The notes beneath the pieces were generated by a model. It had not been told where the DNA came from, did no database searches, and saw only the letters and a program-made list of their open reading frames with translations. The translations under genes and the position numbers were made by a program. From Clostridia bacterium (GTDB lineage: Bacteria; Bacillota; Clostridia; Oscillospirales; CAG-272), in the NCBI GenBank assembly GCA_017461365.1, contig JAFTYG010000056.1, forward strand, positions 7,089-71,088: 64,000 bases of DNA, given 5' to 3'. This document shows positions 36,695-45,198 of this stretch, piece by piece. How positions within the stretch are numbered: position 1 is the stretch's first letter; each line of letters begins with the position of its first letter.

Positions 36695-36832
36695 GAGAAG
36701 TAACCAAAATGCAATGTTTTCCACGAAACGTAGCGGAGTAGGCTTACATTTGTTTATCTAAGTACTGAAAAGAGAAGTAACCAAATGCAATGTTTTCTTT
36801 TGATTACTTTTCTTTTTCAAAAGAAAAGTAAG
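36695..36832. repeat. Cluster of intergenic repeat modules shared with 11394-11474 and 23758-23790
   Basis: GAGAAGTAACCAAA(A)TGCAATGTTTTC occurs twice (36695-36722, 36772-36798). CCACGAAACGTAGCGGAGTAGG (36721-36742) is the reverse complement of the CTACTCCGCTACG.T.CGTGG motif at 23773-23793. The palindrome TTACTTTTCTTTTTCAAAAGAAAAGTAA is also present. Confidence 0.6.
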
Positions 36833-37046
36833 TCCTGCTTGGCAGGTGATACTCGGGCATAAAAACCCACATTAGAATAAAGGAATCCGAAAGAGAGTTC
36901 GGCTGTGGTTTGCAGACCTCCCTCATTCGCCTCGATCGACTTGTCTCGACGCGGATGTAAGGACGCTGGGAGCAGTAAAGCAGACGATAGGATGCCGCCT
37001 TGCACTTGCAGGGTTCTCTATTCCTGAGTACACGGTCCGGTGGGAC
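36832..37046 (+). ncRNA. Candidate structured RNA (~215 nt, class unassigned; rod-like, possibly 6S-like)
   Basis: The 5' GTCCTGCTTGGCAGGTGATACTCGGG pairs with the 3' CCTGAGTACACGGTCCGGTGGGAC. About five G-U pairs work only on the + strand. Internal hairpins include AAACCCACA...TGTGGTTT enclosing CCGAA-AGAGAG-TTCGG. A strong terminator lies 8 nt downstream. Confidence 0.4.
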
Positions 37047-37053
37047 TTAACAT

Positions 37054-37092
37054 AAACCAAACGGCATCTCGAAAGAGATGCCGTTTGGTTTT
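37054..37092 (+). terminator. intrinsic terminator following the candidate RNA
   Basis: AAACCAAACGGCATCTC GAAA GAGATGCCGTTTGGTTTT. Confidence 0.75.
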
Positions 37093-37105
37093 AATAAAAG
37101 GAAAT

Positions 37106-37138
37106 GAAAAAAGACTGTCTTTTTTGACAGTCTTTTTT
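37106..37138 (-). terminator. intrinsic terminator of secG
   Basis: AAAAAAGACTGTC TTTTTT GACAGTCTTTTTT. Confidence 0.75.
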
Positions 37139-37157
37139 ATTCAATATCAAAGGTCGG

Positions 37158-37406
37158 TCAAATAACGTTTGTAACGACGTACATCGCAACGACAACAGCT
37201 GCAAAAACGAAAGACAGAATAGTCGTAGCGCGAGCAAATGCTTTTTCCTTAGTCTTGCCCTTGCTCTTGCCGAAGAAGCTCTCGCCTGCACCCGTAATAG
37301 TACCCGACAGGCTCTTTTCCTTTCCTGACTGAAGCATAACGCAAACAACGAGCGCAACAGCCAAAACGCAAAGAATAACACCGAATGTAATCTCAACAGC
37401 GGTCAT
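37158..37406 (-). CDS. secG: Preprotein translocase subunit SecG
   Basis: I place the start at MTAVEITFG (ATG 37406, GGAGGTG RBS). Two TM segments flank the LQSGKE...GAGESFFGKSKG loop. Confidence 0.9.
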   Translation of the reverse strand: MTAVEITFGVILCVLAVALVVCVMLQSGKEKSLSGTITGAGESFFGKSKGKTKEKAFARATTILSFVFAAVVVAMYVVTNVI

Positions 37407-37545
37407 TATAACACCTCCCAATCAAATCGAAATTTTAAGCCCCGAAGGGCAGAAATAGTCATTAACAGCAGTATTTTACCATAAACCGAGTAAAAAGTCA
37501 ATAGATATTTTAATTTTTTATCCGACATTTTTAAAAAAGTAAATA

Positions 37546-37574
37546 TTGACAAACGCCCGACAGTCATTTATAAT
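37546..37574 (+). promoter_or_regulatory. sigma-A type promoter with ~135-nt A/T-rich leader upstream of ECF sigma gene
   Basis: TTGACA (37546-37551), 17 nt, TATAAT (37569-37574). Confidence 0.55.
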
Positions 37575-37717
37575 AAAGGTAGAAAAAATTTTTTTGAAAA
37601 GATCCCGAAAAATTCAAAAATTTTTCGAAAAAAGTTGTAACCTTTTGAAAATAACGGCGACTTTAAGGGTGAAGGCACAAAAAACGAACTCTGAAGTCGC
37701 AAAGAACGGAGAACGTA

Positions 37718-38272
37718 ATGGAGGATCATAAGATCGTAGATCTGTATTGGCAACGCTCCGAGCGCGCCGTAAAGGAGACCGCAGGAAAATACGGTAAAAT
37801 GCTTGACGGCATTTCGTATTCCTTGCTCTCGTCAAAGGAGGATGCCGAGGAATGTGTGAACGATACCTATCTTGAAGCGTGGAATAAAATGCCCGAGGAT
37901 CGCCCCGCATATCTCGGAGCATACCTTGCGAGAATAGTCCGCTGTATTTCGATAGACCGCTTCAGGGCGGCGCACCGACAGAAAAGAGGAGAGGCGGCAA
38001 GCCTTACAGACGAGCTTGCCGATTGCATCCCGTCGGGAATGACGCCCGAGGAGGAATACGAAAACGGAAGAATAGCAAAGCTGATAAATAAATTCCTTTT
38101 CGAGCTTGACGAGGAGAGGAGAAGAATGTTTACTCTGCGCTATTTCTATTCCGACAGCGTCTCTGACGTCGCGCATAAGCTCGGCGTAAGCGTCCCCAAG
38201 GTAAAGACTACACTGCACAGACTTAGAGGAGAGCTCAGGGAATATCTTGAAAAGGAGGGCATATCCGTATGA
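37718..38272 (+). CDS. ECF-type RNA polymerase sigma-70 factor
   Basis: 184 aa. Region 2 (DAEECVNDTYLEAW) and region 4 (SVSDVAHKLGVSVPKVKTTLHRLR). Confidence 0.9.
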   Translation: MEDHKIVDLYWQRSERAVKETAGKYGKMLDGISYSLLSSKEDAEECVNDTYLEAWNKMPEDRPAYLGAYLARIVRCISIDRFRAAHRQKRGEAASLTDELADCIPSGMTPEEEYENGRIAKLINKFLFELDEERRRMFTLRYFYSDSVSDVAHKLGVSVPKVKTTLHRLRGELREYLEKEGISV

Positions 38273-38961
38273 CACAGGAAGAAAAACGAATATGCGCCGA
38301 GAGGCTCTTTGACGAGATAGGACAGATAGACGAACGCTTTATAGCCGAGGCTGCAACACCCTACGCAAGGAAAAAGAAAAAGGCGATGTGGCAAAAGCTC
38401 TTTATCGCCGCCGTCTCGATCACACTTATGCTCAGTATTCTTGTGGGCGTCTTTATCACAAGCATGATAATCGGTATAGGAAGAGATAAGGACGACGGAG
38501 ATGGCGGAGATTTCGCGGGAATCGGTAACTCCGAGCTTCAGGATGGCGCAAACAATATCACAAACGGGGAGAGCGCCACGCTTTCATCAAGACTTGAGGG
38601 GCTCAGATATAAGACCGAAAGCCTCAGGATAAGCGCTAACGACATAAAGCTCTTCGAAAGCACCCCGAAGATCATCTGGAAGTATTCTGACGAGGAGAGC
38701 TACCGCGTCCGCAATATTACCGAGGGCGAGGCGGCGATGCTCTTTTCAAAGCTCTATGAGGATAGGGGCAGACGCATTGACGGAGGCACCGACGAAAGCG
38801 GACTCGACGGCGTGTGGATAGCCACGGGAGACGGACTTGTCATATCCCCCTGCCTTGAACAGAGCGCGGGGAATACGGGCTACGGTGAAATATTCGACTA
38901 TGTACCCGAATATGAGCCCTCCGAGGACTTTTCCGAATATCTTTGCGACGTAATTTCTTAA
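38269..38961 (+). CDS. Single-pass membrane protein, putative anti-sigma factor
   Basis: ATGA overlap with the sigma gene. Short cytosolic N-terminus, basic stretch KKKKAMW, one TM segment, then an extracytoplasmic domain. 230 aa. Confidence 0.5.
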   Translation: MTQEEKRICAERLFDEIGQIDERFIAEAATPYARKKKKAMWQKLFIAAVSITLMLSILVGVFITSMIIGIGRDKDDGDGGDFAGIGNSELQDGANNITNGESATLSSRLEGLRYKTESLRISANDIKLFESTPKIIWKYSDEESYRVRNITEGEAAMLFSKLYEDRGRRIDGGTDESGLDGVWIATGDGLVISPCLEQSAGNTGYGEIFDYVPEYEPSEDFSEYLCDVIS

Positions 38962-38976
38962 ATGGAGGAATTTACT

Positions 38977-40554
38977 ATGAAAAAGCTCAGAATTTTATCA
39001 CTTGTACTGTCACTCATTATGATGCTTGCCGCGCTTGCAAGCTGTTCTGCATCCAATAAGGCAGAGGATATGCTGCGCGATCCCGCAGACTATCAGCCGA
39101 ATTACAGCATCGGAGGCACGAATGGCTCGCTCAAGGATGAAGAGGCAGCCGACGACGGCTCGGACGTAAACGGGAATGACTACGACAAAATAGAAGATAC
39201 AGTTCTTGTTGAAAATCCCTTCGTCGATACCGCTACGCAGGCGCTGTCTACCTTCTCGGCGGACGTGGATACGGCATCCTACACCTATTTCCGTAAGCTG
39301 ATTTCTCAGGGCTATACGCTCAACGAGCTGAAAAGTCAGATAGGACGCTCTCCTCTGCGTACCGAGGAAATGGTAAATTATTTTGATTATTCCTACACAC
39401 TCCCCGAGACGGGTGAGGTGTTCGGAACACAGGCAACGGTGGCAAAGACTCCGTGGAATGAAAACAGCTACCTTCTTATGCTCGGTATCGCCGCAGAGCA
39501 GGTACAGGAAAAGGGAGCGAATAACCTTGTATTTCTTATAGACGTTTCGGGCTCTATGGCGTCAAACGATAAATTGCCCCTCTTGAAGAACGCATTCTCC
39601 AATCTTGTGTCGGCGCTTGACGAAAACGACGTCGTTTCGATAGTTACCTATTCGGGACGCGAGGCAGTGGTGCTTTCGGGATGCCGCGGCGACCGCGACG
39701 AGGAGATAATGAACGCGATCAACAGCCTCAAGGCATCGGGCTCTACCAACGGAGAGGCAGGACTTACACGCGCGTATTCCTTGGCAAAGGACTACTATAT
39801 CGAGGGCGGAAATAACCGCATAATCATGGCGTCCGACGGAGACCTTAACGTTGGAATATCCTCCGAGGAGGAGCTTAAATCTTATATCGAGGGTAAGAGA
39901 GACGAGGGAATATTCCTCTCGGTCCTCGGCTTCGGTACGGGAAACTATAAGGACGCTACCATGAGCGCGCTTGCACAGAACGGTAACGGCGTTTACTACT
40001 ATATCGACGGCGAGCGTGAGGCAGAAAAGGTGCTCGGAACCGATCTTCTTTCTACACTTTATACGGTGGCTAAGGATGTAAAGTTCCAGCTTGAATTTAA
40101 CGCCGAGTACGTTTCGCAATACAGACTTATCGGCTACGAAACGCGTATGCTCGAAGCAGAGGATTTTGAGGACGATACTAAGGACGCAGGCGAGGTAGGC
40201 GCGGGACACACGCTTACAGTGTGCTATGAGATAATCCTGACCGACGTGGCGGAAAGAGCGGAGACGGCGGAGTTCGCAACACTTAAAATGCGCTATAAAG
40301 CCCCCGACTCCGACGAGAGCGTTCCGCGCGAGTACGTCATCGATAAGAGCGTTATGACCTATACGCCGAGCGCCGATTTCAAATTCGCTTCGGCAGTTAT
40401 CGAGGCTACAATGATAATCAACGGCAGTGAGTATAACGCAAAGAGCGTAACACTTAACGACGTGTTCGAACAGCTCTCAGAGCTCGACCTCGCGGCAGAC
40501 ACCGATAAGACCGAGTTCAAGAATATGATAAACGGACTTATCGAAGATAAATAA
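38977..40554 (+). CDS. von Willebrand factor type A domain lipoprotein (YfbK-like)
   Basis: Lipobox LASCSAS. vWA MIDAS DVSGSM...S...T. ATG 38977 lies 7 nt after GGAGG. Confidence 0.85.
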   Translation: MKKLRILSLVLSLIMMLAALASCSASNKAEDMLRDPADYQPNYSIGGTNGSLKDEEAADDGSDVNGNDYDKIEDTVLVENPFVDTATQALSTFSADVDTASYTYFRKLISQGYTLNELKSQIGRSPLRTEEMVNYFDYSYTLPETGEVFGTQATVAKTPWNENSYLLMLGIAAEQVQEKGANNLVFLIDVSGSMASNDKLPLLKNAFSNLVSALDENDVVSIVTYSGREAVVLSGCRGDRDEEIMNAINSLKASGSTNGEAGLTRAYSLAKDYYIEGGNNRIIMASDGDLNVGISSEEELKSYIEGKRDEGIFLSVLGFGTGNYKDATMSALAQNGNGVYYYIDGEREAEKVLGTDLLSTLYTVAKDVKFQLEFNAEYVSQYRLIGYETRMLEAEDFEDDTKDAGEVGAGHTLTVCYEIILTDVAERAETAEFATLKMRYKAPDSDESVPREYVIDKSVMTYTPSADFKFASAVIEATMIINGSEYNAKSVTLNDVFEQLSELDLAADTDKTEFKNMINGLIEDK

Positions 40555-40568
40555 AACAAAAACAAATA

Positions 40569-40607
40569 AAAATGAGCTCAGTTCCACAAGGGACTGAGCT
40601 CATTTTT
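40569..40607. terminator. bidirectional intrinsic terminator
   Basis: AAAAATGAGCTCAGT...ACTGAGCTCATTTTT. Confidence 0.7.
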
Positions 40608-40619
40608 ATTTGTGATACA

Positions 40620-41456
40620 TTATTTTTTATAGTATCTTCCTGTTTCTTTAAGAAAGTTTACAAGCATCTGCGTCCAGTCGGTCTGGATGAGGTCAAAGCC
40701 GCGGTCGGCAAGCCAGCCCCAGCCGTATTCCATCGACTCGGACAGCGCCGTGTCGTCCGAATGTCCGCCAGAGAGCTGTGAGCGGTAATTGTAGATTATC
40801 GAATTTACCCAAACGAGCTTTCCGTCCTTGTGCATCATCTCCATAAACTCGGGGCTCGCAAGAACACTGTCGTCGTTTTTGAAAAGGACTTCAACGCCGA
40901 CGTAATTGATATTCCGCTTCATAAGCTCCTTGTGCATAGGATGCTCTTCCTTGACGATAGGCATAAAGGGAATTTCGGGCGCTACGTTCTCAAGCACAGA
41001 AAGCACCTCTTCGGAAAGCGCGCTCTTTACAAGTATCTGATCGAGCATTCCGTGACGCTTGACCGCGCGGTAAATATCCTCGGGGCATCCCCAGAATTTG
41101 TCTACGTTTATGTAACAGCGTCCCTTGAATTGCTCAAGGAAATCGTCAAACATAACTATACCGAACTGCGTGGGCGTGTCGTCATAATTGACGTACCTCA
41201 GCTCCTTTACCTCGTCAATTGTCAATTCGGGAATGCGCTTGTCTGAACGCAGATGTATGGGCTCCATCTTCGGGTGAAAGATAACAAGATGACCGTCGGC
41301 TGTACGGCTTAGGTCTGTCTCTATCATGTCAGCCCCCTGCTTCAGCGCCGTCTCATAGGCGGGAAGTGTGTTGCAGGGGATGTTTCCGCCCGCAACGCCT
41401 CTGTGAGCGACTACAAGTATGTGGTCCTTTGCGCTTTCATGAAGATCGAATTTCAT
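40620..41456 (-). CDS. Glycerophosphodiester phosphodiesterase family protein
   Basis: VVAHRG....N..CNTL.AYE.A...GADMIETDL. 278 aa. Confidence 0.85.
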   Translation of the reverse strand: MKFDLHESAKDHILVVAHRGVAGGNIPCNTLPAYETALKQGADMIETDLSRTADGHLVIFHPKMEPIHLRSDKRIPELTIDEVKELRYVNYDDTPTQFGIVMFDDFLEQFKGRCYINVDKFWGCPEDIYRAVKRHGMLDQILVKSALSEEVLSVLENVAPEIPFMPIVKEEHPMHKELMKRNINYVGVEVLFKNDDSVLASPEFMEMMHKDGKLVWVNSIIYNYRSQLSGGHSDDTALSESMEYGWGWLADRGFDLIQTDWTQMLVNFLKETGRYYKK

Positions 41457-41478
41457 AATGATTTTCTCCTTTGGGACT

Positions 41479-42513
41479 TTAGATAAGGTCTGCTATGTCG
41501 AGAATGAGACGCTCGGTCTTTTCCCAACCGAGGCAGGGATCGGTGATGGATTTTCCGTAAACGTGATCGCATACCTTCTGAGAGCCGTCCTCAAGATAGC
41601 TTTCTATCATAAAGCCCTTTACGATGCTTTTGACCTCTGCGGAGTGACGGCAGGCGTGAAGGACTTCCTTGCAAATTCTGGGCTGCTCGGCATATTTCTT
41701 GCCCGAGTTTGCGTGGTTCGAGTCGACGACAACTGCCATATTCTGCAAGCCTCTTGCCGAGTAATCATTATAAAGGCTGATAAGATCCTCATAGTGATAG
41801 TTGGGGTGAGAGCCGCCGAACTTGTCAACGTATCCGCGCAGAATTGCGTGCGCCAAGGGGTTTCCTGCGGAAACACATTCCCAACCTCTGTAAAGGAAGG
41901 TGTGGGAGTGCTGAGCGGCGGTTATTGAATTGAGCATTACCGAAATGTCTCCGCCTGTGGGATTCTTCATACCTACGGGTATGTCAATTCCGCTAGCTGT
42001 GAGACGGTGCTGCTGATTTTCCGTGGAGCGCGCGCCTACCGCAACGTAAGCGAGAAGGTCGGAAAGATAGCGGTAGTTCTCGGGATAAAGCATTTCATCT
42101 GCGCAGAAGAATTCGGTCTCTTCGATCGCTTTTGTATGCAAACGGCGGATCGCAATAAGACCTTCAAGCATATCCTCGGACGCCTCGGGGTTGGGTTGAT
42201 GGACCATTCCTTTGTAGCCTTCGCCGGTGGTGCGGGGCTTGTTTGTGTATATTCTCGGTATAATTATAAGCTTGTCCTTTACCTTTTCGCGGACCTCTGC
42301 GAGCTTGTGGATGTATGTGAGAACTGCGTCCTCACGGTCTGCAGAGCAGGGACCTATGACGAGCACGAGGCGGTCGTCCTTGCCTGTAAAGACGTCGGCT
42401 ATCTCTTTATCGCATATTGCCTTTTTTGCCGCGTATTCGGGCTTTAAGGGATACTGCTCCTTGATGTCCATGGGGATCGGGAGCTTTCTCACGAATTTAA
42501 TGTTTTTCTGCAT
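41479..42513 (-). CDS. 3-deoxy-7-phosphoheptulonate (DAHP) synthase, class I
   Basis: I place the start at MQKNIKF (ATG 42513). GPCS, RIYTNKPRTT..GYKG, NPTGG, DSNHANS. Confidence 0.9.
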   Translation of the reverse strand: MQKNIKFVRKLPIPMDIKEQYPLKPEYAAKKAICDKEIADVFTGKDDRLVLVIGPCSADREDAVLTYIHKLAEVREKVKDKLIIIPRIYTNKPRTTGEGYKGMVHQPNPEASEDMLEGLIAIRRLHTKAIEETEFFCADEMLYPENYRYLSDLLAYVAVGARSTENQQHRLTASGIDIPVGMKNPTGGDISVMLNSITAAQHSHTFLYRGWECVSAGNPLAHAILRGYVDKFGGSHPNYHYEDLISLYNDYSARGLQNMAVVVDSNHANSGKKYAEQPRICKEVLHACRHSAEVKSIVKGFMIESYLEDGSQKVCDHVYGKSITDPCLGWEKTERLILDIADLI

Positions 42514-42807
42514 AACTGTGTACCTTCCTTGAATGGGTGTCATAAAATAATTGATATACTGTATATTATACACCCGTATCGAATAATTGTCGATACCTTT
42601 TTGAAAAATTTTTCGTCTTTTTTTGAAAAAATGCGGTTTTTATTTGCTTTTTTGGGACATTTCGGTACGCTATGTGTATTTTTGAGACGGTTCGGACGCA
42701 AAATTACTAAAAAAACTTGACTATGGCTCAAAAATTTGATATTATATTAGTGGAGCCGTGAGGTTTTCGCTTTTGCGTTCTTTGCGGCGAAGAAAGGGTG
42801 ATAAACT

Positions 42808-43317
42808 ATGATAAACGAAAATTTTTACGAGATACCCGCCGATGAGCTCGGTAATGCCGTTCGGCTTATCGGTATGGATTGGATGCTTATAACCGCCCGT
42901 GACGGCGAAAAGGTCAACGCTATGACGGCGAGCTGGGGCTCTCTCGGCGTGCTTTGGAACAGACCTGTATGCACCTGCTTTATAAGACCTCAGAGACACA
43001 CCTACGGTCTTGTGGAGAGGGAAGAGAAAATATCTATCGCATTTTTGCCCGAGGGCTATCGCAAGGCTCTGAGCTATTGCGGAAGTCACAGCGGACGCGA
43101 CGGCGATAAGCTCTCCGCGGCGGGACTTACCTCCGACGAGCTTGACGGCGTTCCCGTTATTGCGGAGGCGGACACTCTGCTTATTTGCCGAAAGCTCTAT
43201 TTCGGAGATCTTTCGGAGGAGGGCTTTGCCGACAAGAGTCTGCTTTCAAACTACAAGGACGGAGACTATCACAGATTTTACGTATGCGAGATAGAGAAGG
43301 CATACAAAAGGAGATAA
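42808..43317 (+). CDS. Flavin reductase family protein
   Basis: 169 aa. NAMTASWG motif of the flavin reductase-like FMN-binding fold. Confidence 0.75.
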   Translation: MINENFYEIPADELGNAVRLIGMDWMLITARDGEKVNAMTASWGSLGVLWNRPVCTCFIRPQRHTYGLVEREEKISIAFLPEGYRKALSYCGSHSGRDGDKLSAAGLTSDELDGVPVIAEADTLLICRKLYFGDLSEEGFADKSLLSNYKDGDYHRFYVCEIEKAYKRR

Positions 43318-43320
43318 GAA

Positions 43321-44571
43321 ATGTCACTCAATGAAGAAATAGAGATACTTTGCGCCGACGCGAGATCGGCGTCACGGAAGCTTGCTCTTTGCTCTACCGA
43401 AAAGAAGAACGCGGCGATATTGAAGATCGCAGAGGAGCTCGGCAAGGAGAGCGAAAGGATAATATCGGCAAACGCTCTCGATCTTGCTGCGGCTGAGCGG
43501 AACGGCGTACCGAGGGCGATGCTTGACAGACTCAGAGTCGATGAGGGACGCATATCGGGTATATGTGACTCTCTGCGCGCTCTTGCGGTCCTTGAGGATC
43601 CCGTAGGTAAGAGTGAGACGTGGAGCCGTCCCTCGGGAATAGAGATAACGCGTGTGCGTGTGCCTCTCGGTGTGGTTGCGATAATCTACGAGGCGCGCCC
43701 GAACGTGACGGTCGATTCGGCGGCTCTTTGTCTGAAAACGGGTAACGCGGTCGTGCTCAGGGGCGGTAAGGAAGCGATAAACACCAACACGGCGCTTGTT
43801 GAGGTTATCAAAAAGGCTCTTGAGGATAGCGGTATGGATCCTCACGCGGTAGAGCTCATACGTTCTACCGACAGGGAGAGCGCCAACATTCTTATGACTA
43901 TGCGCGGATATATTGACGTACTTATTCCGCGTGGCGGCAAGGGACTTATAAAGAACGTGGTGGAGAACGCCAAGGTGCCCGTTATCGAGACGGGAGCGGG
44001 AAACTGCCATCTTTACGTTGACGAGGAAGCCGACATAGATATGGCGCTCAAGGTCACCTTGAATGCCAAGTGCTCGCGCCCGTCGGTATGCAACGCTATC
44101 GAGACGCTTCTTGTACATGCGAGCATAGCTCCGAAGTTTTTGCCGAAGCTTGCGGCTGAGATGAAAAAATACAACGTAGAGCTGAGAGGATGTCCCAAGT
44201 CCTGCGTGCTTATTCCCGACGCGACGCCCGCGACCGAGGAGGACTATCTGACCGAATACAATGATTATATTCTTGCTATCAAGGTAGTGGACACTCTGTC
44301 CGACGCCATAGGTCACATAAACAAATACAGCACAGGTCACAGCGAGGCGATAATAACCGAGAACAAGGAAAATGGCGAAAAATTTCTGCGTGAGGTGAAT
44401 TCGGCGGCGGTCTACGTGAATGCTTCGACGAGATTTACCGACGGCGGTGAGTTCGGCTTTGGCGCGGAGATAGGTATTTCGACGCAGAAGCTCCACGTGC
44501 GCGGCCCTATGGGGCTGTTTGCTCTGACGACCGAGAAGTATCTTGTACGCGGAGAGGGCGCTGTGAGATGA
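43321..44571 (+). CDS. proA: Glutamate-5-semialdehyde dehydrogenase
   Basis: 416 aa. VIYEARPNVTVD, VLRGGKEA, CNAIETLLVH, HSEAIIT. Confidence 0.95.
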   Translation: MSLNEEIEILCADARSASRKLALCSTEKKNAAILKIAEELGKESERIISANALDLAAAERNGVPRAMLDRLRVDEGRISGICDSLRALAVLEDPVGKSETWSRPSGIEITRVRVPLGVVAIIYEARPNVTVDSAALCLKTGNAVVLRGGKEAINTNTALVEVIKKALEDSGMDPHAVELIRSTDRESANILMTMRGYIDVLIPRGGKGLIKNVVENAKVPVIETGAGNCHLYVDEEADIDMALKVTLNAKCSRPSVCNAIETLLVHASIAPKFLPKLAAEMKKYNVELRGCPKSCVLIPDATPATEEDYLTEYNDYILAIKVVDTLSDAIGHINKYSTGHSEAIITENKENGEKFLREVNSAAVYVNASTRFTDGGEFGFGAEIGISTQKLHVRGPMGLFALTTEKYLVRGEGAVR

Positions 44572-45122
44572 GCAGGCTGATGATCGCCTCCGATCTTCAC
44601 GGCGATGCGGAGTGTGTTGAGCGTCTTTTGTCGCGTTATGCCGAGAGTGGGGCTGAGCGTCTTGTGCTGCTTGGGGATCTGCTTTATCACGGGCCTCGCA
44701 ACGATCTGCCCGACGGGTATGCTCCGAAGCGTGTTATTGAGCTTCTGAACGGAGTGAAAAATGAGCTTCTTTGTGTCCGCGGAAACTGCGACACGGAGGT
44801 TGACGCGATGGTGCTTGATTTTCCGATAATGGCGGACTATGCGTATATATCGGTCGACGGGGTGAATATTTTTGCCACTCACGGACACAGGTTCAATCTT
44901 TCGTCTCTTCCTCCGTTGAGACCTTGTGAAATTCTTCTTCACGGTCACACGCATATATGCGCGTTTGAGCGTTTTGGGGAGGGGAACATCTACGTAAATC
45001 CCGGTTCGGTGTCGATACCGAAGGGCGGCACGCCGAGGGGGTATATACTTTATGAGGACGGTCGGTTTGATTTTTGCGCGCTTGACGGTGAGGTCTTGCG
45101 GACGGAGAATATAAAATGTTGA
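44568..45122 (+). CDS. YfcE-like metallophosphoesterase
   Basis: 184 aa. SDLHGD, LGDLLYHGPRN, GNCD, THGH, GHTH. ATGA overlap with proA. Confidence 0.85.
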   Translation: MSRLMIASDLHGDAECVERLLSRYAESGAERLVLLGDLLYHGPRNDLPDGYAPKRVIELLNGVKNELLCVRGNCDTEVDAMVLDFPIMADYAYISVDGVNIFATHGHRFNLSSLPPLRPCEILLHGHTHICAFERFGEGNIYVNPGSVSIPKGGTPRGYILYEDGRFDFCALDGEVLRTENIKC

Positions 45123-45198
45123 ATAATGGGGGCTGTTTCGTTGTACACGGGCGAGATGGCTCCTTATTTTTGTTATAAATTTAGGGTGAATTTTCAGG

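Noticed and set aside
36785-36862. Small ORF MQCFLLITFLFQKKSKSCLAGDTRA, with a similar one (MQCFLLLTFLFQKKSKRYF) on the minus strand at 11382-11441, as a second candidate type I toxin.
   Set aside because: The hydrophobic/basic pattern is produced by translating the palindrome TTACTTTTCTTTTTCAAAAGAAAAGTAA. There is no convincing RBS. The C-termini differ completely, and the ORF would run into the closing helix of the RNA candidate. It is better explained as a repeat element.
36832-37046. Assignment of the structured RNA candidate as tmRNA, SRP RNA, RNase P RNA, a T-box or a riboswitch.
   Set aside because: - It has no tRNA-like GGGG.../...TCGAATCC..CCACCA ends or tag ORF, so it is not tmRNA.
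- It has no GGAA tetraloop/AGCAGC helix-8 motif, so it is not SRP RNA.
- It has no GAGGAAAGTCC, so it is not RNase P RNA.
- It has no T-box sequence.
- No downstream same-strand gene is close enough for a cis-regulator.

The class is left open.
42514-42807. A possible T-box, riboswitch or attenuator upstream of the DAHP synthase gene.
   Set aside because: The region contains divergent promoters (TCGACA-17-TATAAT for the DAHP synthase gene, TTGACT-N17-TATTAT for the flavin reductase gene) and A/T-rich filler. I saw no specifier/T-box motif and no terminator/antiterminator alternative.
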